Below the pieces are notes generated by a model, which ran no database searches, was not told where the DNA came from, and saw only the letters and a list, made by a program, of their open reading frames with translations. Shown one piece after another: positions 38,099 through 48,687 of a stretch of DNA of 64,000 nt. The translations under genes were made by a program, and so were the position numbers. Every line of letters begins with the position of its first letter. Positions within the stretch are counted from its first letter, which is position 1. Source of the DNA: Planctomycetota bacterium (GTDB lineage: Bacteria > Planctomycetota > Planctomycetia > Planctomycetales > Planctomycetaceae); NCBI GenBank assembly GCA_030836185.1, contig JAURQH010000048.1, forward strand, positions 44,433 through 108,432. Reading direction: 5' to 3'.

Positions 38099-38590
38099 TT
38101 AGCGTCGCCTAATCGTTCCGCTATTCAATTCATTACGACGCTCAATTTGAAGTAACGAACGTCTAATCCGTTGATCGGCGGTTAAACCGTCATTGGGAGT
38201 TTTCGGCTTCTTTTTCTTCTCTTTAAGTTTGGCCAATGCCTCTTCTTTTTCTTTCTCTTCTTCCTGCTTGGCTTTCTCCGCTTCCTGTTTTTTTGCCAAC
38301 TCACGCTGCTGCAACATCCACTGCTGTTGCAGGAACATCATCCGCTGTTGCTGCTGCATCTGCGCTTGCCGACTTGGTGCCGACAAAAATTGATTAAATC
38401 GCATGAGGTTGAAAAACGAGTTACCGGAAATGCTCACGCTGGGTGTACCCCCGGAAGATAACGCGGAGGGTGCAACAGAAGCCGCAGCGGCAGACGCGCC
38501 TTCGCAAACCTGGCCGTATGATGTCTCACAGAAGCTCAATAAAGAGAGAGGGACGACACATAACAGACTCAGAATTTTTTGCGTGGACAT
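38099..38590 (-). CDS. secreted Gln/Glu/Lys-rich coiled-coil protein (hypothetical)
   Basis: The track ORF is trimmed to ATG at 38590, which gives a signal peptide (MSTQKILSLLCVVPLSLL). The rest is low in complexity (QMQQQQRMMFLQQQWMLQQRELAKKQEAEKAKQEEEKEKEE). Confidence 0.45.
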   Translation of the reverse strand: MSTQKILSLLCVVPLSLLSFCETSYGQVCEGASAAAASVAPSALSSGGTPSVSISGNSFFNLMRFNQFLSAPSRQAQMQQQQRMMFLQQQWMLQQRELAKKQEAEKAKQEEEKEKEEALAKLKEKKKKPKTPNDGLTADQRIRRSLLQIERRNELNSGTIRRR

Positions 38591-38770
38591 CGAGAAAACT
38601 CCGTGATGGGGTGTGAAGGAACTTGTACGGCCCAACGACTTCATAATAGCTGTGCGCCTTGTTTTTTTCCAAAAGTTTTTTTCAGGCTCCAGATTATTGA
38701 AACTTAATCTGCACCTTAGGGTTATATAAACCATACCCTCGTCTTAGTTTATGAATTTCTGGAAGGTTCT

Positions 38771-39883
38771 ATGAAGTCTACTCAAATATTATCGACCAAA
38801 CTTCTGACACCAATCTGTCTCGTAACCCTGATCTGTGCGACAAGTGCGATTGCCGCACAAGTTGCTCAGAAACCAGAAAGACCATTTCTGGACACACTCC
38901 AAGAATTGAATCTTTCAGGGGAACAGAAAAAACAGGTATTCCAATTGCTGCGAGATTACCGTGACAAATACCAAACAGATCAATTCCGCATCAAGCTCCT
39001 GCTGGTTCTCACACCCGAACAAGCCGAAGTTCTCGAAGAATTGAAATCGGCTCCCGGTAGCCGAAAAGTTCCTGACGATATGACTGCCGACCTGGATATC
39101 GTCTATGCCAAACGTCCCGGTAGTGATCCCAAATATCTCTCACTGGATATCTACCGCCCCAAGAAGAGTCCGGGCAAACTTCCCGTCATGGTCATGATTC
39201 ACGGAGGCGGCTGGAGGATCGGCGACAAATCCAATCTTGCCGTAGGCCTCGATAAATCGAAGTATTTTAATCGTCAGGGTTTTGTTTATATCTCTGTGAA
39301 TTACCGACTCACTCCCGAGGTTCAGCATCCCGGACACATTATTGATGTCGCAGAAGCAATTGCTTGGGTTCACGATCATGTTGGGGATTATGGTGGAGAT
39401 CCAGAGACTCTGTTTGTCATGGGGCATTCGGCAGGCGCTCACCTCGCCGCGTTGGTCGCGACCGACCATCGACGACTCAAAAAACACGACAAGCAATTCT
39501 CAATCATTGATGGTGTTGTATTACTCGACGGAGCAGGGTACGACATCCCCGCCAAACTGAAGATCGGAAACTCTGTCGCCAACGCCATGTATCTGAGTGC
39601 ATTCACCAAGGACGAAGAAACGCAACGGGATGCTTCGCCCATCCATCATGTCGCCAACGACAAACGGCACCCCCCATTTCTGATCATTCCCATCGAACGT
39701 CGTGCCGACTCCAACAAAATGTCCACAGACCTGAAAAATGCACTAATAAAGGCTGATACCACAGCTTCCATTCATGTGGCTGAGGGAAAAACACACGGCA
39801 GCGTCAACAACGATATTGGGAACGCAGGGGACAAGCCGACTGCCGCAATCATGAGTTTTCTCAACACCATCATGTTGAAATAG
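38771..39883 (+). CDS. alpha/beta hydrolase (esterase/lipase type)
   Basis: 370 aa with a signal peptide. The oxyanion motif is HGGGW, the nucleophile elbow is GHSAGA, and a later G.H sits in EGKTHGS. Confidence 0.8.
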   Translation: MKSTQILSTKLLTPICLVTLICATSAIAAQVAQKPERPFLDTLQELNLSGEQKKQVFQLLRDYRDKYQTDQFRIKLLLVLTPEQAEVLEELKSAPGSRKVPDDMTADLDIVYAKRPGSDPKYLSLDIYRPKKSPGKLPVMVMIHGGGWRIGDKSNLAVGLDKSKYFNRQGFVYISVNYRLTPEVQHPGHIIDVAEAIAWVHDHVGDYGGDPETLFVMGHSAGAHLAALVATDHRRLKKHDKQFSIIDGVVLLDGAGYDIPAKLKIGNSVANAMYLSAFTKDEETQRDASPIHHVANDKRHPPFLIIPIERRADSNKMSTDLKNALIKADTTASIHVAEGKTHGSVNNDIGNAGDKPTAAIMSFLNTIMLK

Positions 39884-39894
39884 CATGTGAGTAA

Positions 39895-41028
39895 TCAGTG
39901 AGCCAGAGAGATTTCGACATTACTGCCGAAGGGAAGATTGGGCCATGACTTATCGGTTGGCGTGATTTTGAGTTCCGAATAGGATTGTCCATCCTCTCGA
40001 ATCTCGGCAATCTGAGGTGGAATTTCAGAGACAAGACCATGTCGCTTGATCTCGCCAGGAAAGATGACAGCAACTTCTTTCCCAACATGAAACTTTGGTA
40101 AATCGCGAGATCGTACCATGATCGTAACATATTCCTGAGCCCGGTCGAGAATCTCGACCAGCGGCTCTCCCTTCCGAACGTGTTTTCCAGCGGACGCACG
40201 AAAGACACCAACGATTCCATAAGTGGGCGAAAGAATCTCACTCTGAACACGTAACTTTTCGAGTTGATTGCCTTCAGTTTTCGCTAATTTCAATCGGTGT
40301 TGTAGCAACGGAATACCATGAGCGTTACGGACCTGTTCCGTGAGATCGGCACGAATCGACTTGAGTTCAGCGAGACGCTTTTCCAGCAACTCCATTTGTG
40401 CGGAGTAAACCTCGGACGCATTATTGGCTGCTTCCTGTTGTAACATCGCCCGAATCCTGACTTCATCAGGAACTGACAAATCATGCACAAAGGGTTTCAA
40501 GCCTCCGGCTGCCGCAGTTTGAATCGGGGACTGATTACTCAAGAGTTCGGACCAAGCCACATTACTGAAATCGGCCAGATACTTTTCTTTGAGCAAATCC
40601 GCCGACTTTAGTTTATTGCCGTAGATATCATCGTCAATTTCTTTCCATCGCCAACTTAATTCGACGTTAGCCTTGGCTTCTACCTGCTGAAGCTCTAACT
40701 CGAGCAGACGCACTTTTTCCTGGTGAATTTCAATTTGCCGATTAAGCGTTGAGGAATCGAGTTTGAGAAGCCGCTGCCCGGCATCGACCGCATCCCCCGA
40801 ATTCAGAACGAGTGAGATGATTTTTGAATCAATGGGTGCTCGAACAGTTTCTGTGACGGTTTCCAATCGTCCCATCCAAACAAGCTCTGAAGAACTGTCG
40901 AGACAACTGGTCATTCCCAAGCTGCTGAACAATGAGACAAGGCAAACGACCATCATCACCGAACGGGGAGCCGGCAAAGGCTCAACGGTGGTGGCAGAGT
41001 TCGTGTGATTTAGAGAGTTTGAGTCCAT
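39895..41028 (-). CDS. HlyD-family membrane fusion / secretion adaptor protein
   Basis: 377 aa with an N-terminal TM segment. It has lipoyl-like hairpin halves (GDAVDAGQRLLKLD ... ILSPTYGIVGVFRASAGKHVRKGEPLVEI) around a long coiled coil. No cognate ABC or RND partner is adjacent. Confidence 0.7.
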   Translation of the reverse strand: MDSNSLNHTNSATTVEPLPAPRSVMMVVCLVSLFSSLGMTSCLDSSSELVWMGRLETVTETVRAPIDSKIISLVLNSGDAVDAGQRLLKLDSSTLNRQIEIHQEKVRLLELELQQVEAKANVELSWRWKEIDDDIYGNKLKSADLLKEKYLADFSNVAWSELLSNQSPIQTAAAGGLKPFVHDLSVPDEVRIRAMLQQEAANNASEVYSAQMELLEKRLAELKSIRADLTEQVRNAHGIPLLQHRLKLAKTEGNQLEKLRVQSEILSPTYGIVGVFRASAGKHVRKGEPLVEILDRAQEYVTIMVRSRDLPKFHVGKEVAVIFPGEIKRHGLVSEIPPQIAEIREDGQSYSELKITPTDKSWPNLPFGSNVEISLAH

Positions 41029-41324
41029 TCAGACCTCAGAAGGGCAAAAGCAGTCCGGGAGATTGCGGACAGGTGGTCCTTTCTTTCCTATCGGCGTGCC
41101 AAACCCAATGATTCAGGACAAGGGCAGCTCCATCCCATTTCCACTGAGTTCTCATTCTGAATATGCCGCAACGTCGTAATACTCGGTACTCTTTCGCAAA
41201 TCCGCAAACTCAACCAGGCCGGAGAAACTTCGCGCATAACAACTGGACATACCAACACAAACAAAGCACCGTGTGTGTACATAAGAATCGTATTTAACTT
41301 TCAAAGACTGAAAGAAGGGAATCC

Positions 41325-42065
41325 ATGTGTTGGGAACCATGGGATCAAGCCATAGATGAACTGTGCGGTGAAATTTTGATGCGACTGGCGACCGATGAAC
41401 CCCCCGTCGATGCGTTGCATGCTGTCAGATTGCTGGGTTGTGAACTGGCCTATGACCAGTCGCAGATGGGGCGTGCCCGCCAGAAAATGATTGAGGGGCA
41501 GCCGGCGGTTTTACTGAAACCGGACGACCGACCGGAACGCCTGCAATGGGCAACCGCTCACGAGATTGGGGAAATTTTCGCCTGGCAGATCTGCGAACGA
41601 ACGAATGCTTCATTAGAAGAATTGCCGGAAGCATTCCGAGAGCAACTGGCCAATCGCTTTGCCAGCCGCCTCTTGCTCCCCACCGATTGGTTCCGGGCAG
41701 ATCTGCGCATTATGGGGCGAGATTTATTCTTACTCAAAGAGAGATACCGCACCGCAAGCCACGAGTTAATTTCTCGACGGTTACAAGATTTTCACCCCGA
41801 GATCATTGTAACAGTGATCGATCAGCAAGAAGTCAGTTCTCGAAAGAATGGGTTTTCGAGACACCCAGGAGGACTGATGCCGGCAGAACGCGAAGCCGTT
41901 CGGGAATGTCATCAATCGAGTCGACCTTTCAATACTGAGTCTGGCGGTCTGCGTATGGAGGTTTGGCCCATTCACGAACCGGGATGGAAACGGGAAATCC
42001 TCTTCACACTTCCTGGAGTCACGGAAGAATTATCAGAGTATGAGTTCGACCATTCTCCTAGGTAA
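41325..42065 (+). CDS. ImmA/IrrE-like (DUF955) protein with degenerate HExxH
   Basis: 246 aa. It matches the family pattern R.QWATAHEIGEIF ... LANRFASRLLLPTDWF ... ERYRTASHELISRRL. The zinc motif reads HEIGE rather than HExxH. Confidence 0.55.
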   Translation: MCWEPWDQAIDELCGEILMRLATDEPPVDALHAVRLLGCELAYDQSQMGRARQKMIEGQPAVLLKPDDRPERLQWATAHEIGEIFAWQICERTNASLEELPEAFREQLANRFASRLLLPTDWFRADLRIMGRDLFLLKERYRTASHELISRRLQDFHPEIIVTVIDQQEVSSRKNGFSRHPGGLMPAEREAVRECHQSSRPFNTESGGLRMEVWPIHEPGWKREILFTLPGVTEELSEYEFDHSPR

Positions 42066-42187
42066 ACCTTAGACACTGTTGAATCCCGATCAAATTGAGG
42101 TTCGACCAAGAATTTCGTGACTTCATCTGTCGTTCTGCCAACTGTCTGATTACCATGGAATCGTTCAAACATTCAGGAGTCACAGTC

Positions 42188-43189
42188 ATGACACAGACAG
42201 AATTCGTACCCCAAACACGCCGCCAGTTCCTGCAAGCAGGATCGGCTCTATTCGCGGGCAGTCTACTTGGCAATCCCCAATCATTTATTCTCGCACAGGA
42301 AACCTCTCCGGTGAATGCTTTCGCTCAAACACCAATGATCGACACACATCAACATCTCTGGGATCTCGATCTGCTGAATCTTCCCTGGTTGGGTGGTGCC
42401 CCAGAAACACTGAAACGCAGCTTCGTGATGAGTGATTATCTGTCGGCGACAGCAAAGGTCAACATTTCAAAATCGATCTATATGGAAGTCAATGTCGCCG
42501 AGGACGAAAAGGAAAAAGAGGCCGACTACGTCATTGGTTTGGCAAAGTCAGATGACAACCCCATGATCTCGGCGATTATTGGAGGCGTACCTCACAAGGC
42601 TGAGTTTGCAGAATACGCACGCAAGTACGCAGACAGCAAATACGTTTGCGGTGTGCGAAATGTTTTGCATGACCCAGACCGTCCTCAAGGAATGTGCCTC
42701 GAAGAGACCTTTGTCAAAAACATGCAACTGTTGGGCGAACTGGGACTGACCTTTGATTTTTGTATGCGTCCGGGAGAAATCGGTGACGCCGTCAAACTTG
42801 CGAAAAAATGCCCCGAGACACAATTCATCATCGACCATTGTGGTAATATGCCCGTGCAAGGTTTTGAGCCGGCTCTTCTGAAATCATGGCAGGAATCAAT
42901 GAAGGCAGCCGCCGACTTGAAAAATGTCGCCTGTAAAATTTCCGGGATTGTTGTGACCGCGGAAAAAGGAAAATGGACCGCCAAGGATCTGGCCCCTCAT
43001 ATCAACTTCTGCATGGACACTTTTGGGGAAGACCGAATCGTCTTTGGCGGCGACTGGCCGGTTTGCACGCTCTCTGCCACTTATCAACAGTGGGCTGAAG
43101 CACTACTCGATATCGTGAAAGATCGCCCCGACTCGTTCCGCCAAAAACTGTTCCACGATAATGCGTTGAAGATATATGGTGTTTCATGA
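42188..43189 (+). CDS. amidohydrolase-2 family protein with TAT signal
   Basis: The track ORF is trimmed to ATG at 42188, giving the leader TRRQFLQAGSALFAGSLLG. It has IDTHQHLWD (metal-binding HxH), IIDHCG and VFGGDWP, typical of the amidohydrolase 2 TIM-barrel. Confidence 0.8.
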   Translation: MTQTEFVPQTRRQFLQAGSALFAGSLLGNPQSFILAQETSPVNAFAQTPMIDTHQHLWDLDLLNLPWLGGAPETLKRSFVMSDYLSATAKVNISKSIYMEVNVAEDEKEKEADYVIGLAKSDDNPMISAIIGGVPHKAEFAEYARKYADSKYVCGVRNVLHDPDRPQGMCLEETFVKNMQLLGELGLTFDFCMRPGEIGDAVKLAKKCPETQFIIDHCGNMPVQGFEPALLKSWQESMKAAADLKNVACKISGIVVTAEKGKWTAKDLAPHINFCMDTFGEDRIVFGGDWPVCTLSATYQQWAEALLDIVKDRPDSFRQKLFHDNALKIYGVS

Positions 43190-43231
43190 GAGATGTGGTT
43201 CGTGTCATAGTTTTCAGGAAGATTTGCTCCG

Positions 43232-43663
43232 ATGGATTTGTCATTCAAAGCGAACCTGAAGTCATTGATCGTTATTCTCGTGATTGGTTTTCTCGGCTGG
43301 CGGTTTCTTCTGGCGATTTTTCATCCACACGACCGAAATCAACTGACGCTCATCAGCCAACTGCCATTAGAATCAAGTCCCGCGAAAATCGACCTCTCAG
43401 GTGAAATTGAATGGTCTCAAAATTTCAAGGAGACACGCGAGGTCCAAGGAAATTTTCTCTACATCTCACAAATCAATAATATCTGGTCTGGTGGGAAACT
43501 TACGCTAACAGATATTGAGGGCAAGGTGATTTTCAGAGAGAACCTCAGGCCCCCTGGCCGATATTGCGGTAACTATGTCATTTTGCTTAAGCAAGATGGA
43601 AGTTCACAAACGGCGTGGAATCATTTCCCCTTTGAAGATGATACCGATTTGGTAGAAGACTAA
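43232..43663 (+). CDS. membrane-anchored hypothetical protein
   Basis: 143 aa with a single N-terminal TM segment (LIVILVIGFLGWRFLLAIF). No recognisable domain. Confidence 0.4.
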   Translation: MDLSFKANLKSLIVILVIGFLGWRFLLAIFHPHDRNQLTLISQLPLESSPAKIDLSGEIEWSQNFKETREVQGNFLYISQINNIWSGGKLTLTDIEGKVIFRENLRPPGRYCGNYVILLKQDGSSQTAWNHFPFEDDTDLVED

Positions 43664-43676
43664 ATTCAGTTTTCAC

Positions 43677-44192
43677 TCATTCGTTCTTTTGCATTGGCTG
43701 ATCATTGAACAACAACGGCTCCGAACAGAACTTGCACTCAACTTTTTGGTTGAGATACTTGGGAGCCGCACGCAATTCTTGTTGACAATGTGGGCAATCG
43801 GCGATGAATGACTTCAGTTCAATCATGGGCTGAGAGAGATCGAGCAGAAATGACGCTTCGCAATGATTGCAACGCACGTTTTGATTGCGGTATTTATCGT
43901 TAATTCGCAATTCGCGATCACAGATGGGACAAAGTAAATAGAGGCCGCGAGTCTGTGCAGAAGGGCAGGGGGTTACTTCGGGAAGTGGACGATAATCGGG
44001 AATCACAACTGACGGCGGTTCTTGAAGATCTTTATTCAAAATCGTCGAGCAGGACCGACAGCGAATGACATTCGTTGGCACCTCCTCACCACAGGATGGA
44101 CACGCTCCCCCCGGCCAACTTGTCATCGATATCCCCTGTCTGATGAAATTGACAACCGCACCGAAATTGTTCGCTTTATGGCTTTGCTTCAA
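43677..44192 (-). CDS. multi zinc-ribbon protein (hypothetical)
   Basis: 171 aa with four CxxC pairs arranged as ribbons. These are CPSCGE...CRSC, CPICDR...CNHC and CPHCQQ...CKFC. Confidence 0.55.
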   Translation of the reverse strand: MKQSHKANNFGAVVNFIRQGISMTSWPGGACPSCGEEVPTNVIRCRSCSTILNKDLQEPPSVVIPDYRPLPEVTPCPSAQTRGLYLLCPICDRELRINDKYRNQNVRCNHCEASFLLDLSQPMIELKSFIADCPHCQQELRAAPKYLNQKVECKFCSEPLLFNDQPMQKNE

Positions 44193-45471
44193 GACAAATC
44201 AAACGATTGAATGTCCGAAAAAATACTCGCTCACCCGCCACCGATGGCGTGGCATGAGTAGGATCACCCAGTGAGGATGTCCCCAGAAGCTTGAATTCTT
44301 TGGCCGCTGCAATGACCGAAACATTGCCATCTTCATCGGGACAGTAGAGTTTTCCGTCAATACAAATCGGTGACGCGCTGACATCGGTTTTACTGACGCG
44401 CTCGGTCCACAGATTCTTTGAGGTCACCGGATCGACGCAACTGACAATCCCTTTATCAGACCAGAGAAACAGTAAGTTATTGACATAGAGCGGTGTAGGA
44501 ACATAGGGAAGCTCCTTCGTTCGCTTATATTTGATGTGTGTACTTGTCACGTCACCCGTTCCATCGGGGGAAATGGCCCACAGGTCAAATCCTTTTCCGC
44601 CACCACCATCGGTGGCAATAATGTTTCCCGCAGCAAGAATGGGCGAAGCGACCGTCCGTTTGGGAAACTCGGCCGTGGTCCAAAGTTCTTCCCCAGTCAG
44701 AGGATCGTGACCAGTCACTCCCGATGCCCCGCTCACAGTGATTAACTGATCGGGTTTCCCCGGTCGTTCCAAAATCATTGGTGTCGCGTAAGAGGTCTTG
44801 CGAACCTTACGAGGAATCGTCCAAACGGTGTCACCGGTCTGTTTATCAAACGCCATGACGGAACTGCTTCCCATCATGTCTTTGGGCAGGATCACCAGGT
44901 CTTGGTAGAGAGTCGGAGAGACTCCAAACCCATGCTGGCTGGTGAACGCTCCTAGAATCCGCCGCCACTTTCTTTCTCCGTCTAAGGTGTAAGCATCGAG
45001 AATCAATTTCTGATCATCGGCAAAAGCGACAAATAACAATTTCCCGTCAGTGCAGGGGGTACTGGATGCAAAACTGTTTTTGACATGTTTGTGACTGGTA
45101 TTAAATCCAAGTTTCAGAGACCAAATCTCTTTGCCATTTGTGGGATTCAGGCAGAACAATAGCCGTTGTTCGCCGCCATCCTGTGCGCCCGTCTCTGTTG
45201 CCGAGGTGACGAACAATTGGTCCTCCCACACAATTGCCGAACCATGACCACTGCCGGGAAGTTCAATATTCCAAGCGAAATCATCGGCGTCGAATTGTGT
45301 CGGAACACCTTTCAAATCACTCACCCCTGTACCATTGGAACCACGAAAACGTGTCCAGTTGTCTTGGGCATTGAGAGCATGGGTGCTTGCAATCGACACC
45401 ATGAAAGCCGCGGATGCAAAGAGCCATAAGAAACAGCGGTCAATTCGGGAGATCATGAAGAGTTCCTGCAC
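44176..45471 (-). CDS. PQQ-like beta-propeller repeat protein (BamB-like fold), secreted
   Basis: 431 aa with a signal peptide, then NWTRFRGSNGTGV. It has repeated G..(L/I)W...... blades, as in the paralogue at 53584..54843. Confidence 0.8.
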   Translation of the reverse strand: MQELFMISRIDRCFLWLFASAAFMVSIASTHALNAQDNWTRFRGSNGTGVSDLKGVPTQFDADDFAWNIELPGSGHGSAIVWEDQLFVTSATETGAQDGGEQRLLFCLNPTNGKEIWSLKLGFNTSHKHVKNSFASSTPCTDGKLLFVAFADDQKLILDAYTLDGERKWRRILGAFTSQHGFGVSPTLYQDLVILPKDMMGSSSVMAFDKQTGDTVWTIPRKVRKTSYATPMILERPGKPDQLITVSGASGVTGHDPLTGEELWTTAEFPKRTVASPILAAGNIIATDGGGGKGFDLWAISPDGTGDVTSTHIKYKRTKELPYVPTPLYVNNLLFLWSDKGIVSCVDPVTSKNLWTERVSKTDVSASPICIDGKLYCPDEDGNVSVIAAAKEFKLLGTSSLGDPTHATPSVAGERVFFRTFNRLICLEAKP

Positions 45472-45709
45472 AAATGAGTTGTCATCTTTGTCATGAGAAC
45501 ATGAAGTGATCCAGCATGACTCCCCGACAGTCCAACTTCAAGAGGAAGGTTTGACAGAATCAGAGGACTGAGAATTCTTCAAAATTCCAAAAGAATACAG
45601 ATCCGGCAGTGTTCAATTTTGATACACTCACTTTGTGACTTACGAAGGATCATCTTCTCGATATCAACAATTTGTCCAACCTATTTTTTAAGATTGCTAT
45701 CTCGCGGGC

Positions 45710-47743
45710 ATGCCAACACCACATTCTGAAAATCATTCTGGAAAAAATTCCGCTGCTGCCACGTACCTCGTACTTCGCGATGGGACTGCCTGGTCGGAGT
45801 CGTACCAACTGACTCCCGGGCAAGTGACCACAATCGGCCGTTCCACGACGAATCGAATCGTGCTTGCCGATGATCTGTGTAGCCGCACTCACTGTGAAAT
45901 TTTTGTCAGCGATGGCGAGTGGATGATTCGGGACGCCAATAGTCGCAACGGAACTTTTCTGGATGGTGTGCAGATCAATGGCGATCACACAATCCAACCC
46001 GAGCAACTGATCGAGATTGGGAATTCCGACTTAGCGATGGTTTATGACCTCACACAGGAAGTGTCCGTCTTCGCACAATTGGGAGATCTCGAACGGGATA
46101 CAGACCCTGCGATTCATCTGGTATTCGAGGATGAGAACGAGGGGCAGCCCGAAATTATCAGTCGGCGGAGAGAATCTCGCTTTCGTCAGGTGGAGCTGGA
46201 TTCGTCGGCAGAAAGTCAGAATGCCAGTCGTCAAGTCGCCAGATTGTATCGATTGGCAATGGAAATGGCGGCCCAACAAAACATACAACGGTTGTCTGAA
46301 GTGGTCCTAAACGGACTGATGACAGCAACGTCCGCCGATATCGGTGCTGTCTTGCTGATTCCCCCAGAGCTGACAAACCCCATCCCAGGTGACCTGCGAG
46401 TGATCGCCTTCACGAGCGAAGCGGAAATGTCCTACCAGAAAGTCTCCCGCTATCTTTCAGAGACAACTTTTGACACCAAAGAAGCGATTCTCGCCCGAGA
46501 TGTTGCCGATGACTCCAAGTTGGCCACTCGCGACTCGTTGGGCCGAATCCACGCCAACAGCGTGATCTGCGCACCAATTCGTCAGGAAGGACGCATCTTC
46601 GGCTTGATTCACCTGTATTCTACCAATCCCGATAACTCTCTCGATGACGATCAATTGGAATTCACCTTGGCGGTCGCCGACCAAACGGCAACAGCCCTCG
46701 CCTCACTCGACGAAAAAGAGTCACTTGCTGCCGGACTCGAAGACGCACGAGCAGACTTCGAAACCCTGAAAGAACAAATCTCTCAAAAAGGTCAAATCGT
46801 CGGTGATAGCCACTCTGTACAAGACTTGAGAGAGCAGATTGAGCGTATTGCTCCGACCGATGCCACAGTACTCATTCGTGGAGAAAGCGGCGTTGGTAAG
46901 GAACTGGTCGCTCGTGGAATACATGAATTCTCCAACCGCACCGACCATCCGTTTGTGACCATGAATTGCGCTGCCCTCAGTGAAACATTACTGGAAAGCG
47001 AGCTGTTTGGACATGAACGGGGCTCTTTCACCGGAGCCATCGGGCGAAAAATTGGGAAATTCGAGCAGGCCGATGGAGGGACACTTTTTCTGGACGAAGT
47101 CGGCGAAATGGGCCCGGCCATTCAGGCGAAATTTCTACGAGTCCTCGAAGGGCACCCCTTTGAACGTGTTGGTGGGAGCGAACGCATCGAGGTCAATGTG
47201 CGCGTCGTCGCGGCGACAAATCGGGATCTCGAAACTGCCGTCAATGAAAATACCTTCCGCAAAGACCTCTACTATCGACTCCACGTCGTTCAGATCGAAG
47301 TCCCTCCGTTACGATCAAGAATGGAAGACATTCCCTTACTGGCTAATTATTTTCTGGCCCGAGTCGCCTCTCGTAACGGGCAAGAAATGAAAACTCTTTC
47401 GGACGACGCGGTCCGAACCTTGATGAAATATCAATGGCCCGGCAATATCCGGGAATTGCAGAATACTGTCGAAAGAACAGTCATTCTCAGTCGCAATCAG
47501 CTCATTCAGGCAAACGACATTCAACTTTCCGCACTCGATGCGCCGAAAGAAGTGCTTCCTGTCAGCAAAATTGAACCAACAAACCCGGAAGCATCGCTGG
47601 AAGAGATCGAGCAGCAGCATATTTTGTCGGTGTTGGAGGAAACGGGATGGAATAAGTCAAAATCGGCCCAGATTCTGGGAATTGAGCGTTCGACTCTGGA
47701 CCGAAAACTGAAGAAGTACAATGTGTCACGCCCCCCCAAGTAG
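45710..47743 (+). CDS. sigma-54-dependent transcriptional activator with FHA and GAF sensor domains
   Basis: 677 aa with an FHA domain ([24 protein letters not shown]...[12 protein letters not shown]). A GAF-like region follows, then AAA+ motifs ([32 protein letters not shown]). A C-terminal Fis-type HTH ([22 protein letters not shown]) completes it. Confidence 0.9.
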   Translation: MPTPHSENHSGKNSAAATYLVLRDGTAWSESYQLTPGQVTTIGRSTTNRIVLADDLCSRTHCEIFVSDGEWMIRDANSRNGTFLDGVQINGDHTIQPEQLIEIGNSDLAMVYDLTQEVSVFAQLGDLERDTDPAIHLVFEDENEGQPEIISRRRESRFRQVELDSSAESQNASRQVARLYRLAMEMAAQQNIQRLSEVVLNGLMTATSADIGAVLLIPPELTNPIPGDLRVIAFTSEAEMSYQKVSRYLSETTFDTKEAILARDVADDSKLATRDSLGRIHANSVICAPIRQEGRIFGLIHLYSTNPDNSLDDDQLEFTLAVADQTATALASLDEKESLAAGLEDARADFETLKEQISQKGQIVGDSHSVQDLREQIERIAPTDATVLIRGESGVGKELVARGIHEFSNRTDHPFVTMNCAALSETLLESELFGHERGSFTGAIGRKIGKFEQADGGTLFLDEVGEMGPAIQAKFLRVLEGHPFERVGGSERIEVNVRVVAATNRDLETAVNENTFRKDLYYRLHVVQIEVPPLRSRMEDIPLLANYFLARVASRNGQEMKTLSDDAVRTLMKYQWPGNIRELQNTVERTVILSRNQLIQANDIQLSALDAPKEVLPVSKIEPTNPEASLEEIEQQHILSVLEETGWNKSKSAQILGIERSTLDRKLKKYNVSRPPK

Positions 47744-48192
47744 AAGAATACGGCGATCCGACGGATCAAAGTCTCGTCATGATAAAGACCCAATAAAGGG
47801 CGACATTGTATAGAATTCCTGATTTCGAGAGAGACGCGAGGAAATATCACCCACTGGTATTCCAGATTCGGGAACTAATAACTTGTCAACGCTACAATTT
47901 CATATTTTGTCGCCGAATTCCAAAAAATATCGTTGACATATTTGCCCATCTGGAAAAAAATGATTTCATCAGCCGGAGATGACATCCACTCGCTGGTTTA
48001 GCAAAAGAGATTTTTGATGTTGCTGACCACGCCGACCGGTTGACAGGGGCTTCCCGCAGTGAAGCCTTACCAGCGAGCAACGCATGAGGCGTGATGAGAA
48101 GTGAGACCAATTTCCGGGATCGTTGTGCATCCCGAACGCGGCAGACGTCGCGAAGATAGAGATACATTTTAGTTAGACGACTTGGAGAAGAA

Positions 48193-48483
48193 ATGTCACA
48201 GGAACTGATGAGTGAAGAAATGGATGTTGTCCTCGAAACCGAAGAACTCGTGAACGAGGAGTCGGAAACAGTGATGGATGAGGTCGAAATCAATGAGGGT
48301 GTTGATTTCGAGGCTCTCGGAATTGATCCTGAAACCCCGACTCAAGCCAAACCGGGTTCTGAAGAAAAAGTGTTGATGCTGTCAGCTCGATATGCAGCCG
48401 GATTGCCTTTGTGGGACAACAGTGATCGCTACGACCACGCTCCCGGTCAATCTGCTCTCAGTGGGTTGAAATTCGAAGCGTGA
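48193..48483 (+). CDS. small acidic hypothetical protein
   Basis: 96 aa with a very acidic N-terminal half. A good Shine-Dalgarno (GGAGAAG) precedes the ATG, and a strong terminator follows the stop. Confidence 0.45.
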   Translation: MSQELMSEEMDVVLETEELVNEESETVMDEVEINEGVDFEALGIDPETPTQAKPGSEEKVLMLSARYAAGLPLWDNSDRYDHAPGQSALSGLKFEA

Positions 48484-48512
48484 ACGCATCACGCGATTCG
48501 AAACACACACCG

Positions 48513-48547
48513 ATCAGTCGATTCTTACAAGAGTCGGCTGATTTTTT
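48513..48547 (+). terminator. rho-independent terminator
   Basis: The stem ATCAGTCGA / TCGGCTGAT has 9 bp including one G-T wobble and a 12-nt loop, followed by TTTTTT. It begins 30 nt after the stop at 48483. Confidence 0.65.
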
Positions 48548-48687
48548 ATGCGCGACAACTTTTATGCGACACAACCCGGTTCAGTTTCACCTTGTGCCGG
48601 AATCGTGATCGATTTCTAAAAAGGCCTGAATCCGCGTGACAAATGCTTTCCAAACGGCCTTCGACCCGTCACAATGTGAACTTACAT

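Noticed and set aside
48114-48130. Possible sigma-54 (-24/-12) promoter CCGGGATCGTTGTGCAT upstream of the acidic ORF
   Set aside because: The GG-to-GC spacing is one base shorter than the TGGCAC-N5-TTGC consensus, and the flanking bases do not match. Other GG...GC candidates in 47744..48192 failed on spacing as well.
47892-48293. 133-aa Ser-rich minus-strand ORF
   Set aside because: It lies antisense to the acidic ORF 48193..48483 and extends into the intergenic region. Its serine-rich composition is the mirror image of the GAA/GAG-rich sense strand.
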